Below, piece by piece: positions 39,538-53,530 of a stretch of 64,000 nt of DNA (within the stretch, counting starts at the first letter, position 1; each line of letters opens with the position of its first letter). The stretch is taken from positions 27,342,001 through 27,406,000 of the forward strand of contig NC_043007.1 of the NCBI RefSeq assembly GCF_006345805.1. The letters run 5' to 3'. Both the position numbers and the translations under genes were made by a program. Source of the DNA: Octopus sinensis. Taxonomy: Eukaryota. The notes beneath the pieces are model-generated. The model had not been told where the DNA came from. It was given only the letters and a program-made list of their open reading frames with translations, and ran no database searches.

Positions 39538-40637
39538 TATATATTTCTAAATAAAAAAAAACACCACCTAGTTTTGAATAACCGTTGAAATTACTGGTCT
39601 TCTTACAATGTTATTGATTGTTTAAAAGATGTCTTGTATCGCAAATATTCTCAAAATATATTTCTCTCACAATGCTTATTTAAATGACCATTTCTATCTC
39701 AAAATAAAGCTATATGATAAGATTTAAGGTATAAAATTTCATCATAAACTTCTTGTCACGCAAGATTATACTTGACTTCATCGGAATCCAAGAAACATAT
39801 GTTCCATTATGACTAATTCATTATTCTAGTGAATTTGTGTCTACTTAACGGTTATTGAGTTCCACTGTCTGCCTTAGTTCCCGCAGGATAGACATTTCTC
39901 AACACCCGTGGCAGTGAAGTTCTTATGGAAACAAGAAACTATCAACAAATTTTCTGACCTTCTTTGTATATCTCATAAATTATGAACTCTACAAGACATC
40001 ATCATATGCCAAATGAAGTGAATATTGAGAAAACTTAATTCAATTACGTCTCTGAATTGCTATTCTTCAACCGACTCTCCTAAGGCATGAAGTACGCAGC
40101 ATCTGCTCCATATTATACGGCAAATCACTCATATATTCACTAATAATTGCTTGCTTGTATAGAAATGTGACGGAGATGGAAGCATTATTTTAGTATTAAA
40201 TTTCTGATTTTGTTTTCAGTTCAGATTGCACAGGGGTCGATTGTGTATTGCCTCTGCTGGAGCATTCTGAAATAAATACAAGCCAGTGTTATTTCTATTG
40301 TTTTCAGAACTAATCCCAAACTGTCTTCGCTTCGTCACTCTAACCATCTAATACAAATCAAGAGAAATATCTGTGTAGTTCTTTAAGACAGTGGTGTGTG
40401 ATGGAGATCATGTTCCATCGATTTCTTCCAATTCAAAGAACATGCACAGCCTTGTGTTTCGTTTCGTAACAAAATGATGATGTTCGAACTGGCATTTAAA
40501 AAATAGATACTAAGGTTGATTTCATTTACTAAAACTTTCATGGCCGTGCTCCATTACTGTTGCGGCCCTCTCACCGAAGCTAGCATAAACGCAATATGCT
40601 CATCTTTTGTAAGACAATTTAGTTTATCTCTTTCTAA

Positions 40638-41322
40638 GGCGGCGAGCTGGCAGAAATGTTAGCACGCCGGGCGAAATGCTTAGCTGTATTTCGTCTGCCG
40701 TTACGTTGTGAGTTCAAATTCCGCCGAGGTCGACTTTGCCTTTCATCCTTTCGGGGTCGATAAATTAAGTACCAGTTACGCACTGGGGTCGATGTAATCG
40801 ACTTAATACCTATGTCTGTCCTTGTTTGTCCCCTCTATGTTTAGCCCCTTGTGGGTAATAAAGAAATAGGTATTTCGTCTGTCTTTTATGTTTTGAGTTC
40901 AAATTTCGCCGAGGTCGACTTTGCCTTTCATCCGTTTGGGGTCGATAAATTAAGTACCAGTTGCGCACTGTGGTCGATATAATCGACTTCATCCGTTTGT
41001 CTGTCCTTGTTTGTCCTTTCTGTGTTTAGCCCCTTGTGAGTAGTAAAGAAATAGGTATTTCGTCTGTCATCACGTTCAGAGTTCAAATTCCGCCGAGGTC
41101 GACTTCACCTTTCATCCTTCCATGGTCGATAAAGAGGATGAACTGCAAAGTTGACCTCAATTGAATTTGACCTCAAAACATAAAGACAGATGAAATGCCG
41201 CTAAGAAACTTGCCCGGAATACGTCGACCTCGGCGGAATTTGAAATCAGTACGTAAAGAAAGATGAAGTACCGCTAAGCATTTCACCCGGCGTGCTAACT
41301 ATTCTGCCAACTCACCGCCTTG
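40638..41322 (+). mobile_element. SINE family B trimer (40638-41132) abutting inverted family B copies (41133-41322)
   Basis: Full head, then units restarting at GTATTTCGTCTG at 40870 and 41055; reverse-oriented cores end CTCACCGCCTT. Confidence 0.9.
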
Positions 41323-42694
41323 ATTTTATTAATAACAAACTTACACATGTGTATTTTGTTACTGATAGCCAGCCAGTCACAATATGATAATAATGTAGAA
41401 TTACTAAAATAATGATAGTTTGTTGTATTACTTACTTGGCGTATTTTTATTCAGAATAGTAATGGCTGATTAAATTTGTATCACGATCTCATCATCTTTC
41501 TAGAATGACGCGCTTCATTTGTTTACTTTTACGGCATGTCACGCTACTATCTTAATGGCTTTTTCTTTTTACTTAATTGCTTTTAATACTCTAAATTATA
41601 TTACTAAGCGAAAGTGAAAGTAGCAGAGAAAATTTTCTAATCTAGTATACCATTTCATGTATAACATAACATTTTTGTAACTTCATTTTCTTTCATATAA
41701 TTAACTCAAAACTAATCTTGCTATGTCATAAGCTTGCACAGAAATACCATACTTACTAAGTAAATGAAAAAAAGAAAAAAATATATCCGCATGATTTTAT
41801 ATATTTATTATTTATGATTAGGTTGAAGAAAAATAAAATAAGCAAGGCCGCCATTGAGAATTTTGAGCGAAATCTCATTATGAATTTTTAAAAAACTGAA
41901 AGTGTATTTATTCATATATTCTCAGTTCTAAGTTTTCCTTCGTAAGTTTTCCGTAATTTTATTTCTGCGTATGTTCGAGTTCGTGCCATTGTGTACAAGC
42001 GTGTGAATGTAAAAATTTATATTTTCATTTGTGTATTTAAACATGTGACGTTTGGATATGTCTATATAATGCTGAAATAGATCGTGGATAATTTGATTTC
42101 GAGACACGCGCGCACGCACCTACACACCGACACATAAGCACACGCGTGGATATTTATAAGGTCATGGATTTCAAAATTCTTCGTTATTAAATGCTATTCT
42201 TATGAGGTTGCTTAGGAAAGAAATTTAAGTTGTGCGTTTAGTTTTGTCAATAATATATCAAATTATTTAATAACACTAGCAGAACGCGACAAATGAAATA
42301 ATAAAAATGTTTAAAGTTCTCATGAAAGTACGTTTGTGCACGAATAGAACTAAAATTATTTATTATTATCCTGTTGTTATTGCTTAGTCAGCAAAAGGGT
42401 GTGTGACATACCCGTGTAGCACAACACTAATGAGAACAATTATATACATCACTGACACTAGAAAGTTGACATCTGAAACAAATATTGGAAAATTATGGTG
42501 AACCAAGAGAAATCGCGACCTTGATAGTAAAAGACGAGAGAGTATTTTGTCTGCTGAGTGATGACGTTGGAGGGGTACATTAGAAGTTAAGACCTGAAGA
42601 GAAATGTGTGTGTGCGTCAGTTGTTGTGTCTGGGTGTGATATGAACTTACTTCTTCTGAGGGGACAAAGATTATTATAGTAGAGGTAGATGAAT

Positions 42695-42786
42695 GCGGTG
42701 AGCTGGCAGAAACGTTAGCACGCCGGGCGAAATGCGTAGCCGTATTTCGTCTGCCGTTACGTTCAGAGTTAAAATTTCCTCCGAGG
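42695..42786 (+). mobile_element. SINE family B 5' head, truncated by (TA)n
   Basis: GCGGTGAGCTGGCAGAAACGTTAGCACGCCGGGCGAAATG. Confidence 0.85.
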
Positions 42787-42984
42787 TATATATATATATA
42801 CATATGAATGTATATACATATACATATATATATGTATCTATATGTATATATATGTATGTATATACATATATATATATATATACATATTTATATATATGTA
42901 TGTATATATATATATATATATATATATACGTATGTATGTACACATATATATGTTTATGTGTGTATGTATATATATATATATATA

Positions 42985-43130
42985 TACGACGGCCTTCTTT
43001 CAGTTTACGTCTGCCAAATCTACTCACAAGGCTCTGGTCGGTCCGAGACTATAGTAGAAACCACTTGCCCAAGGTGACACGCAGTGGGACTGAACCCGGA
43101 GCTATGTGGCTGTTGAACAAGTTATACACC
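42985..43130 (-). mobile_element. SINE family A 5' half
   Basis: CTTCTTTCAGTTTACGTCTGCCAAATC...GCAGTGGGACTGAACCCGG. Confidence 0.85.
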
Positions 43131-44699
43131 ATTTGGATGAATGAAAGATTTGAGCAGCTAAACATCGTTTGATATTTCGTATTCATTTTGTTTCATACAA
43201 AAATACGCGCGTCTCTAATTATTAACTACAAGTATTTGCATATACATGCTTATCTATACACCGATATGTGTACAATGGTGTTTACGTATATACTTAATTT
43301 GGAAGAGAATATTTACAGACAACTGCTTGTCTTGAAATATATAGATTCCATATTGATATTATAATAATTTTCAGAAGTACTCGAATATGTTGCTGTTTCT
43401 CGCTCGTCTCCAAAACCTGGGTTTCTCAATCAAACTAAGTAATCAACTAACACGAACCTGACAAATGCTTTACAAGACAAATATTTAACTTTTTACCGTT
43501 TTTTATTGTATAAATTCAATGAATGGCACTTTGTTTTGGTGTGATTTTGTGAAAAATACATACGCTATTTATTAGAAAGTATACAAATAGTTTGAAAATA
43601 AATATAATATCTAGGCTTACATGCATCAGTACATAAAGCTGTAGGTTCCTAAACACACACTTGTAAATATTATTTAAATAAAAAATAAATCTGACAAATT
43701 TGACAAATAGTAAAGCAATTTATCTCAGGGACGAATCACAAATAATATGTCCCTAATGTAAAGATGTTGAAATAAAAAGAGCATATCTACTGAAAGCTAA
43801 AACTTAGAGGCAAATTCGGTAAAAATTGTAATTCGGATAAACGTGTAGATATATAATCAATGGCCTCATGTTCATTTGATTTCTAATCTTATTTGACATA
43901 TATGGATATTGTAGTGGAAAATAGAACCGAAAGGATGACAAATACAAAGAACTACACCCACATGAAAAAAACATGATGTTTTGTAAATGGATGTATACTT
44001 TGTACGATGTGAATCATGTCATGACAAGTTCGTTGGAAATGTCAACGTGTCATTAACTTTGTAGCGGTGATATGACATTAGAGAAACGATATATAATGCA
44101 GTTAGTATAGAGAGCAGAACACGAAGGCGATCGACATCATAAAACATGATTTTTACATATGTAAACTACAACCCGACATTCGCTTATGCACCTACACATG
44201 CAAACGTATATATTTCTATACAAAGGCACTTACTCACATACACTTATATATACGCACACGCACACACACTCATACACATGCGCATGTACTTGCGTAGACA
44301 AACAGACACACATTGATACATAATTATACAAACAACCATTCTTATACAGACCGAAATATATATGCAAACATACGTATACAGCTGTGAAATATAGAAATGT
44401 CGTCTTTCAATCAGCTGAAGAATTTTCACAAACACACAAATATATACATACCTGTGTGTGTGTATGCAATATGTGAGTTATGTGTGTAAGGAATATAATG
44501 ATTTTAGCTTTGCTTTTCCTTGAGGCTGGTCAGACTGGAGCAATTCCGAGTGTAACCAGCCGAAATTGCACAGATAATCTGGAACTCCACTGAGGAAAAA
44601 AAACTCTGATTGACACATCCATGTTTTTTCTTGTCCCTTTTTGTATCATCTAACTGTCTGGATGATTTGCATTCTTGTCCCATTTTAGGTATTCCTTCA

Positions 44700-44847
44700 T
44701 ATATACATACATACATACATACATACATACATACATACATACTTACATACATACATGCATACATACATACATACATACATACATACATACATACATACAT
44801 AAATACATACGTACATAAATACATACATACATACATACATAAATGCA

Positions 44848-44881
<34 letters not shown>

Positions 44882-45840
44882 CATAAATGCGTACATACAT
44901 ACATACATACATACATATATACATAAATGCATACATACATACATACATACAAACATATATATACATACATACATAAATGCATACATATATACATACATAC
45001 ATATATACATAAATACATACATACGTACATACATACATACATACATACATATATACATACGTACATAAATACATACATACACACATAAATGCATACATAC
45101 ATACATACATAATGTTCGTCCTTCGGTTCGAAGATGACCAACTGACATCATCTGATGGAACTGCCGCCATGAGACCGGAGGTGGCTGGTGAGGCCAATCC
45201 GGGCAAGGAAGCCCCTCCCACAGGTGGGGCAGAAGTGGGTAGGGGCAGTGCTACTGGTGCAGGCGGCTCTGACTTTACGCATCTGACGTTTCTGCTCCGC
45301 TGACCGAATCCGTCCCTCCTCGGCTGTCCCTGCTCCCACGGTGATTGCGCTGCGCCAGGATGAGCGGTTGGCAGCAAGTGTCTCCCAGGTCTCTGTTCCG
45401 ATGGAGAAGTCTTTGAGAGAGACCTTGAGACTATCCTTGTAGCGCTTTTTCTGCCCTCCGACTTTGCGCCATACATACATACATACATACATACATAAAT
45501 ACATACGTACATAAATACATACATACATACATAAATGCATACATACATACATATATACATAAATGCATACATACATACATACATACAAACATATATATAC
45601 ATACATACATAAATGCATACATATATACATACATACATATATACATAAATACATACATACGTACATACATACATACATACATACATACATACATACATAA
45701 TACATACATACATAAATACATAAATACATACATAAATACATACATACATACACACATACATACATACACACATACATACACACATACATACATACATAAA
45801 TACATAAATACATACATACATACATATATAAATATAAATA
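44700..45840. repeat. (TACA)n variant microsatellite split by an RTE insertion
   Basis: Direct reading; the variant motif order is duplicated on both sides of 45113-45470. Confidence 0.95.
45113..45470 (-). mobile_element. 5'-truncated RTE (BovB-like) LINE, 3' end with C2H2 finger and uninterrupted frame
   Basis: GGQKKRYKDSLKVSLKDFSIGTETWETLAANRSSWRSAITVG...HFCPTCGRGFLARIGLTSHLRSH, stop at 45148-45150, short 3' UTR ...CTTCGAACCGAAGGACGAACA, then a (TATG)n tail. GC-rich island. Confidence 0.92.
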
Positions 45841-47232
45841 TAACGTTGTGATAACAAAAATAAAACACGGTTAGTACACCTATCCGTCCATTGCAAATAA
45901 TGTAAAGGTAAAGAGATATACAGAAATGCTAAACAAGTCAGAAACATTAAGTAAAAAACACAAAGGAAAGTGAACACGATATGTCTTTTATCTATGAAAT
46001 AGACTGGCATAGCAGCCGTCTCTTGGCCTTCGCAAGCATTTCATCATGACTACAGTTATTTAAAAATACCCTGCCTGATTGACATACCCTGTCAATGAGA
46101 AAGATTGCAAGAAATAATCGATATTTGCCTTATCATAACCTACTATCTATCAAAGAAAAAAAAAACACGAGAATATGTTGAAGAGTATCATCATAAATTG
46201 TTAAACAAAACAAGGGTGATAACTGGTGATAGGCGTTTTGGTCTGCATGAGATCAGATATGACCTCTTTTACACAGAAACAATAAGGGGAATAACAAAAA
46301 CAACAACAGTAGCAACATCTCTTCCGATTATGCAAACACAGAAGATAATATGGTAACGGAAATGTGTAATTTCAAAAATAGGAAAGTGTTATGGCTGTTT
46401 GTAGGCTTTCACTTTGAGGGCTTCATTAACTCGAAAGCTAAACCACTGAGTTTCACAAACAAACATTGTATCTACACTTGTTATCTCATCGTAAAATGCC
46501 TAGTCATCTTTAATCGTACAAAACTGGGATTCACGTAGACACCTCAAATACTGGGAAATTATAGGAAAATTTTAAAATATTCATCTCAGAATTGAACACA
46601 AGCGTTTTCCCGGTTTAATTAATTTAAATGTTGAGTTGACTTCTCAACTATGTGAAGATATCTGATTTAAATATTTTTTTAGTTCTTATATCAATTCAAA
46701 TCGCTATTAGGAAAGCTGTGATTGCACTTTTAAGTACCTAATGTTCGACGCTTATTTAAAGAAAATAATTATTATTTTACTCATTATTTGCTAATTTACT
46801 AGCAAGTAATTATTTAGCAATTTACGATTTTAGTAATTTGAATGCTTTTTTCTTTTCCTTACCAATTAATTAGTGAGGATTCTTCTCTTGGCACCGACGA
46901 TTACTTCAGCAGATTTAAGTATCTCAACGTCCATCAGCAAGATTCTGTTTTTTTTTACGTTATCTCGTTTTCTAAGTCTCTCACACATTCTATCTCGTTA
47001 GTTCTACCCTCCTCTCTCGCTTTCTTTCTCTCTGTCATTCTCTCTCTCTCTCTCTCTGACTTTCATTCTCTCTCACTCACACTTACTCTTACTGTTCCTC
47101 TACATTCCTACCAATCAGATCTGCTTTCACATTCACATATAAGGATAGGATATATTCCTGAAGCTACAAAAGCAATAAAGCACGGAGCCTGTCTATGTAA
47201 GATTGTGGGCATACACACATTTATATATCAAT

Positions 47233-47281
<49 letters not shown>

Positions 47282-47499
47282 TTTATATTTTTTATATTTT
47301 ATATTTTATCTAGTTTCAGCTCATAAGCTGTGGTCATGCTAGGGCACCGCCATTCAGTGTTGCTACATGATTTTTACTTCACGAATGCTTTTTAGCAATT
47401 GCCATTTGGTGCATGAGAGAGTTCGATGCAGCTGCCTTCATCTGCACCTCCTGAATAACAGTAGTTAAAACATAAATAGTAGGAAGAATGATAAGATGC

Positions 47500-48830
47500 A
47501 GTATATATCAATAATAACATTAAAAATGATAGCGATCGAAATACTAATAATGGGAAGAATAACAATACTAAGAATATGTATATTGATAATAATAAAAATA
47601 TAAATAAAAATAATTATAACGTATCTCAAAGAACGAATAGAGCCACTGTTGGAACTGATAATACCATGATATATAAAATAAATAAATCGTACAGAAACAG
47701 CCGCAACAAAACTGATAGTAATAATAATAAAATTAACTATAGAAAGAAGAAGAATTTTAATCATAACTTTACGATCTACAATAATACTGATGACAGTTTC
47801 TACACCAAAAATTAAAATTTCAAAATGACAAACGGAATAAGAATAACATCTGGTTAATAATCCCCTTCGCGATAAATTTAAAAACCAACATAGTTAAATC
47901 TATAATGAGTCTTATAAATAAGCACTTTAATACGAACACCAATTACTCAGAAATCTTTAGCAATAAAATTAGAGTAGGCCATAGTTTAACTAGCAACGTA
48001 TCGACTATTATACACTCTATCAACAAGAAAAAAAAATAGACGCCTTCTATGAAATTAGGAAGAAGAGCAATATAAGGCACAACAACCAATCGAATGACAT
48101 AATAAATGACCTCCCTAATAACTTGCCCTGATATAATGCGGACAACTACCTTATAAATAATAACCCCTCAACATATCATAGGCACAGACAAGCTTAATAA
48201 TCTAAGAGGCTGCAGCGATAAAAAAAATTCTTGTGAATTCTCAAATAAATGTAAAACTGAAAACGTAATCTACCAATGTGATGTAATCGAAAACAATTAC
48301 AAGAACACTTATATTGGAGCGACGAAAAATGAAATTAAACTTAGATGTAATTCCCATCCCACTAGTTTCAGAAATAGAAGTAACGCGAACTCTACCGGAC
48401 TAAGTAGTTACATTTGGGGACTGAAAGACAATAACATTAATTATGGATTAGAATGGCGCATCCTAGCCAAAACGTCTTCATATAACATTAATAATAATCG
48501 TTGTAATTTATGTATAAACGAGAAACTCTACATCTTAATGGCCCAATCAGAATTACTTAATAAACGAGACGAGAAAAATAATTTTTGTTTGCATAAAGAT
48601 AAATTTTTATTCTCGACATATTGCTAAACCCAACTTATTCTTTAAATATCGCTAACCCCTACATTGCAGGTTCGTACCGGACCTGTTTAACATCTTATTA
48701 CCTCCCTTAATCAGCCCACTTACCATATAACATAGCTTAAACACGCTTCACATTTTAAACCAATTACCCCAATTAATCGAACTATATATTATAATCTACG
48801 CAGTACACTAAGTCCACAAAAGTAAGAAAA
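47500..48830 (+). mobile_element. Second, divergent Penelope-like element (Asn-rich linker plus GIY-YIG), frameshifted, RT absent
   Basis: 47824-48039 gives NDKRNKNNIWLIIPFAINLKTNIVKSIMSLINKHF...; 48157-48627 gives ...CSDKKNSCEFSNKCKTENVIYQC...TYIGATKNEIKLRCNSH...YIWGLKDNNI...CNLCINEKLYIL...LLNKRDE...CLHKDKFL. Outer boundaries approximate. Confidence 0.88.
48157..48627 (+). pseudogene. Open 156-codon frame encoding a PLE GIY-YIG endonuclease domain (not in the ORF track)
   Basis: VIY...YIG motif, conserved R (KLRC), E (NEKL) and N (LNKR); same layout as the 31750-32358 product. Confidence 0.88.
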
Positions 48831-49164
48831 CACTGTTGGCCACTATCTCTGAATGGAATGTGAATGTCGAGCGGCGTTGGTTTCTCTAATGCCGTATGTG
48901 GTATACCTGCTATATAATACAAAAATATTCGCTGTCCTTGCTTGGGACTCCATATCCAAAAATGGATGGGTGAGTTCTAATCGCGTATATTTAGTGATAC
49001 TTTCATTACAATATCCACACATACAGTGAAACATAATATGATTGATATGTGTGTAGAATTGCCAAATATAAAAGGCAGCATTAACATTTATTTTCTGTTT
49101 CTCTATATGTAAGTATTTATTGTTAGATAAGATATATCTAAGATGCGAATTAATTGCGGGAAAG

Positions 49165-49330
49165 GGGCCCAAATCGATTAAATCAACCCCAGTGCAGATC
49201 TGCTATTAGTTTTGTCATCTCTGGAAAGATGAAATGCAGGGTCGACGTCGGTTTGAATTTGAACACATAACGTAGTGATGGACAAAAAAAAGGCTGAGCG
49301 TTTTGCCCGACATGCCAACGAGTCTCCATT
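49165..49330 (-). mobile_element. SINE family B, diverged
   Basis: GGAAAGATGAAATGCAGGGTCGACGTCGGTTTGAATTTGAACACATAACG. Confidence 0.7.
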
Positions 49331-50209
49331 TCTCCACCTCTCATCCACGAAAGTTATTAACTCTTATATAATAATCCTTATTTACTCTGTGTACAGCAGA
49401 TACCTCCTTTATTTTTTACGACCTAAGGTGTTGCATGAGCTAAATATTTTGTCACAATGCTTGGTCTTCTACGGTCTGTCTGCTAAACTCAACGAGGTCA
49501 ACTTTTCTTTACATTCCTTTGGCATAATGAAATAACGTATGAGCTATGTTCCGCGATCGATATACTCGAATATAACCTATTATCCATATCGAATTTGAAA
49601 CACTGCTTATTCTAGCAACAGTTATTTATAAGTCTTCAAGTAGATATCATTAACCTGCCCGTCGTATCTTTTCATAAATAGATATAAATGTTTGTATTCA
49701 AAGTATTCACATGGCAGATTGCGCAAATCTAAATATATTTCATGCAATAATATTTCGTACAATAAATATATATCGTTGGTGAGCAGCGATTATAATGGAT
49801 GCAGTAATACAGTAGATTGCTCAGATAATCGGAATCAGGTATTTGCAACAACAGATTACCTCTGAAGCGGATTATAATTTGTATTCTCCCATTACAAGCA
49901 TTGCCAAGCCAAGCCATGCCAAGATGGTAAGTAATCTCATGTAGGCATTTACCTTTCTATAATTGAATTAAAACACCAAGTGAAAACTTATAACACGTCA
50001 ATTATTTGAATTTTATTATTGCGCCTCGGGATTCATAAAGAATACAAGGTCACCGATTCGAAGCCTCTCTGCGGATGTTTTACAAAATCCAATTTCGCTA
50101 TATTCTCTCACTCGAGAACATTTTTTACAATCTTTAATGCTAGATTTCATACGTTTATTGCCTAATCGGGTTGACCCAGGGTTAAGCCTCAACAGAGACG
50201 AGAACGTTT

Positions 50210-50450
50210 TATCGTTTATCTTTCACTTGATTCGATAATTAAGACTACGGCTATGCCAGGCAACTTCAGTCGAACAATCCCGCCCCAATACTTACGTACA
50301 TGTTGAAAGCCTGGTAATTATTTTATGTGTTACTTTTGTCGAGCTGCTAAGTCACAGAATGAGACACCAATCAATGCACGTTGCCAAGTGGTGGCACAAA
50401 GACACAAAGACACCACACACACACACTCACACACACACATACACACACAG

Positions 50451-50482
<32 letters not shown>

Positions 50483-51126
50483 TAACGATATTATTACACT
50501 TAAATGTCTCACGCTATGAGGGACTCTTAAAATTAAAACTACCATAATAAATAAACAGTGTATTGACAGCGAGGGAATGCAACTTGGAAGCGAACCCTCA
50601 AAAACAGGTTCAGCCTCAAATCATGATTTCATAGTGTACATAATTCAGCGCAGGCATAATCAAGACACATAAAAAAATGAACAAAATTCAACATACCAGA
50701 CGATCACCAAATGTATCCAACGTAGCACATAGAAACGTTCACCCTTATATATCTATGTAAGAGGCGGGCTTTTCATATTGCAGTATATATGCATGATGGC
50801 TGCAATCGCGTGTTCGAATACTGTCATTGCTTCATCGAATGTCCTATACATGTGAAGCCTACAACCAGCCATTTTTGTGATAGGTCTTAATGTTTTCTTT
50901 TTCAAGATTTGCCTGTGCATAATGAATTTTTATGGCGGGGGAAAGAACTCCATATATATATGACGGGTTTCTTTTAGTTTCCGTCTTCCAAGACTATTCT
51001 CAAGGCTTTGGGCCAGCGGAAACTTACAGTAAAAGGCAGTTACCGAACGTCCCACGCAATGAAACGGAGCTCAGAATCATGTGATAGAGATGCGAACTTC
51101 TTACCACAAAGTCACATCTACGCCTG
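50210..51126 (-). mobile_element. Diverged SINE family A split into a 3' half (about 50210-50420) and a 5' half (50961-51126)
   Basis: TACTTTTGTCGAGCTGCTAAGT and TTTCTTTTAGTTTCCGTCTTCCAA...CTTACCACAAAGTCACATCTACGCC match family A; about 500 bp of other sequence lies between them. Confidence 0.6.
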
Positions 51127-52157
51127 AGAAGAAGCCAGCGAGAAATGCACTTAATCATAAAGAACTAAATGTGTTGGCAACGACGTTCATTGAAAACAAA
51201 AGCTGCCGCATTCTCCGTTGGAGAAATTGCTAAATTACCAAGTTAGACATTCGCACCGTCTAAGATACGCAAACAAACATATTATATGATTTAAATCCCC
51301 GACATTTCGGCTTCGGTAGTAAAGCTACTTACGGCGTCTAGGTGGTTAGACACTATATAGTAAGTGGTGAGAGTCTAATGACCAGGGGACTAATGGGAAA
51401 AGATAAAACCATAAGCTGTTTCAATGTACGAGCGGAGAAGACAAAAATAAACCATAAAAATTACAATCGTAAAAAGCAGGACATTCATTTTTCCCTCGGC
51501 TGGACCCATAAACGAATCGGTTATGTAAATATATCTCTGGTATTAGAGCTTCTACGTGTGTATTTGTATCTATATGTTGCTTATTGTGTATATATGCGTT
51601 TGTGGGAATGTATGTGTGTATGCCTTTGTGTCTATGGGTGAGTGTATATTTTGGTGTATTATCGATTGCTATATAGGTGAAAAACATAATGTTCGCTAGG
51701 TGAGCGCAGATGTAGTATAAATGTGTGCGTTTGTGTGCTTGAGAGTATGTCCATGTATGTATATAATCTATGTATGTCTGAGTGGGTATGTATGTTTGGA
51801 AGTGTATATACGAGTGTATACATAATTCTGTATGAAACAGTGAAACGTAAATGAAATTCTAAAAGTGGATTGTTTATGATTATTTATGGTTGTTTATGAT
51901 ATCACTTAAGGAAAACAACGCAGAGTTTTGGTGTCTCTGTACAGTAGATAGCTTGAGAAACTAGAAACACAACGTACAAATGTATTTAGATATGTGTGCG
52001 GTTGTGTGTTTGTATGTGTGTATGTATGTGTAATGCATACATACATATACAAATACATAAAGGCACACAGGAAAAATAGACACACATGGTTATTTAATAA
52101 ACGCCTTCTCTCTATATTGAAATAAACATAATTCTCTTCTATTTCTGAAATATATAA

Positions 52158-52465
<308 letters not shown>

Positions 52466-53054
52466 ATTTTACATACATATATATACACGCACACACATAT
52501 ACACATACACGCACTCGCACACACATATATATACACACACACGCACACACATGCAAGTAAGCACTTATAAGGTGCTCATACATATTAGCATCTATTTACG
52601 TGCGTGTATATCCCTATGTCTGTTTCAATGGTTACACACACATGCCGTTTTGTCTGAGTGTTTGCTACTCGCTGAGCTCGCATACAAACACAGAAACAAC
52701 GCGTCTAATACCAATACGCAAACTCTAAAGAATATACTAAATTTACGAACTTTATTGAATTAAATATCAGATTTCGTATCATCAGCAAAACCTTTAGATC
52801 TTAAAAGCCATAACCCTTACTGTTTTCCCTGTTGAAATTACAGACCACTTAGTGAGCTAATTTCCACTTGGGTTTCCAACATTAAAATATATACACAACT
52901 TGTGTTTGGTCGTAAAAAGTGCCGCAACAAAAAATCTTCCTATGAATACCTTTGCCGTTATAAAACTTGGCCTTTCTTGTTATATTATCGAATTTATCTT
53001 TTTTCTTCTTCACATCTATTTCTATTTCTTACACGACATTTTTATTTAATTTAA

Positions 53055-53094
53055 TCACACACACACACATATATATATATATTATATATTATGC

Positions 53095-53129
<35 letters not shown>

Positions 53130-53385
53130 CGTGTGTGTTTTTGTGTGTGTGTGTATGTATATATGTATACATCTATACATGTATATATATGTTTGTATAT
53201 GTATATATATATACATATATATATAATATATATATATATATGTATATATGTATATATGTATATATATACATATATACATATATATACATATATATATACA
53301 TATATACATGTATATATATATTTATATATGTATATATATACACATATATACATATATATATATACATATATATATATGTATATAT

Positions 53386-53458
<73 letters not shown>

Positions 53459-53530
53459 TAATATATATATTTGTATATATATATTAATATATATATATTT
53501 GTATATATATATACATTGCATATATATAAA
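53055..53530. repeat. Long (TA)n/(TG)n/(TATG)n microsatellite
   Basis: Direct reading. Confidence 0.95.

Noticed and set aside
40638-41132. CRISPR-like or ribozyme-containing array
   Set aside because: Units are whole SINE bodies without unique spacers, the sequence is eukaryotic, and I found no CUGANGA core on either strand.
44697-46010. 437-aa ORF and overlapping long ORFs
   Set aside because: These are microsatellite translations (YVCM repeats) read through the RTE fragment. Only the RTE frame at 45148-45470 is meaningful.
48840-48910. Hairpin GCGGCGTTGG/CTAATGCCGT downstream of the second PLE as a hammerhead
   Set aside because: It lacks both a properly placed CUGANGA and GAAA.
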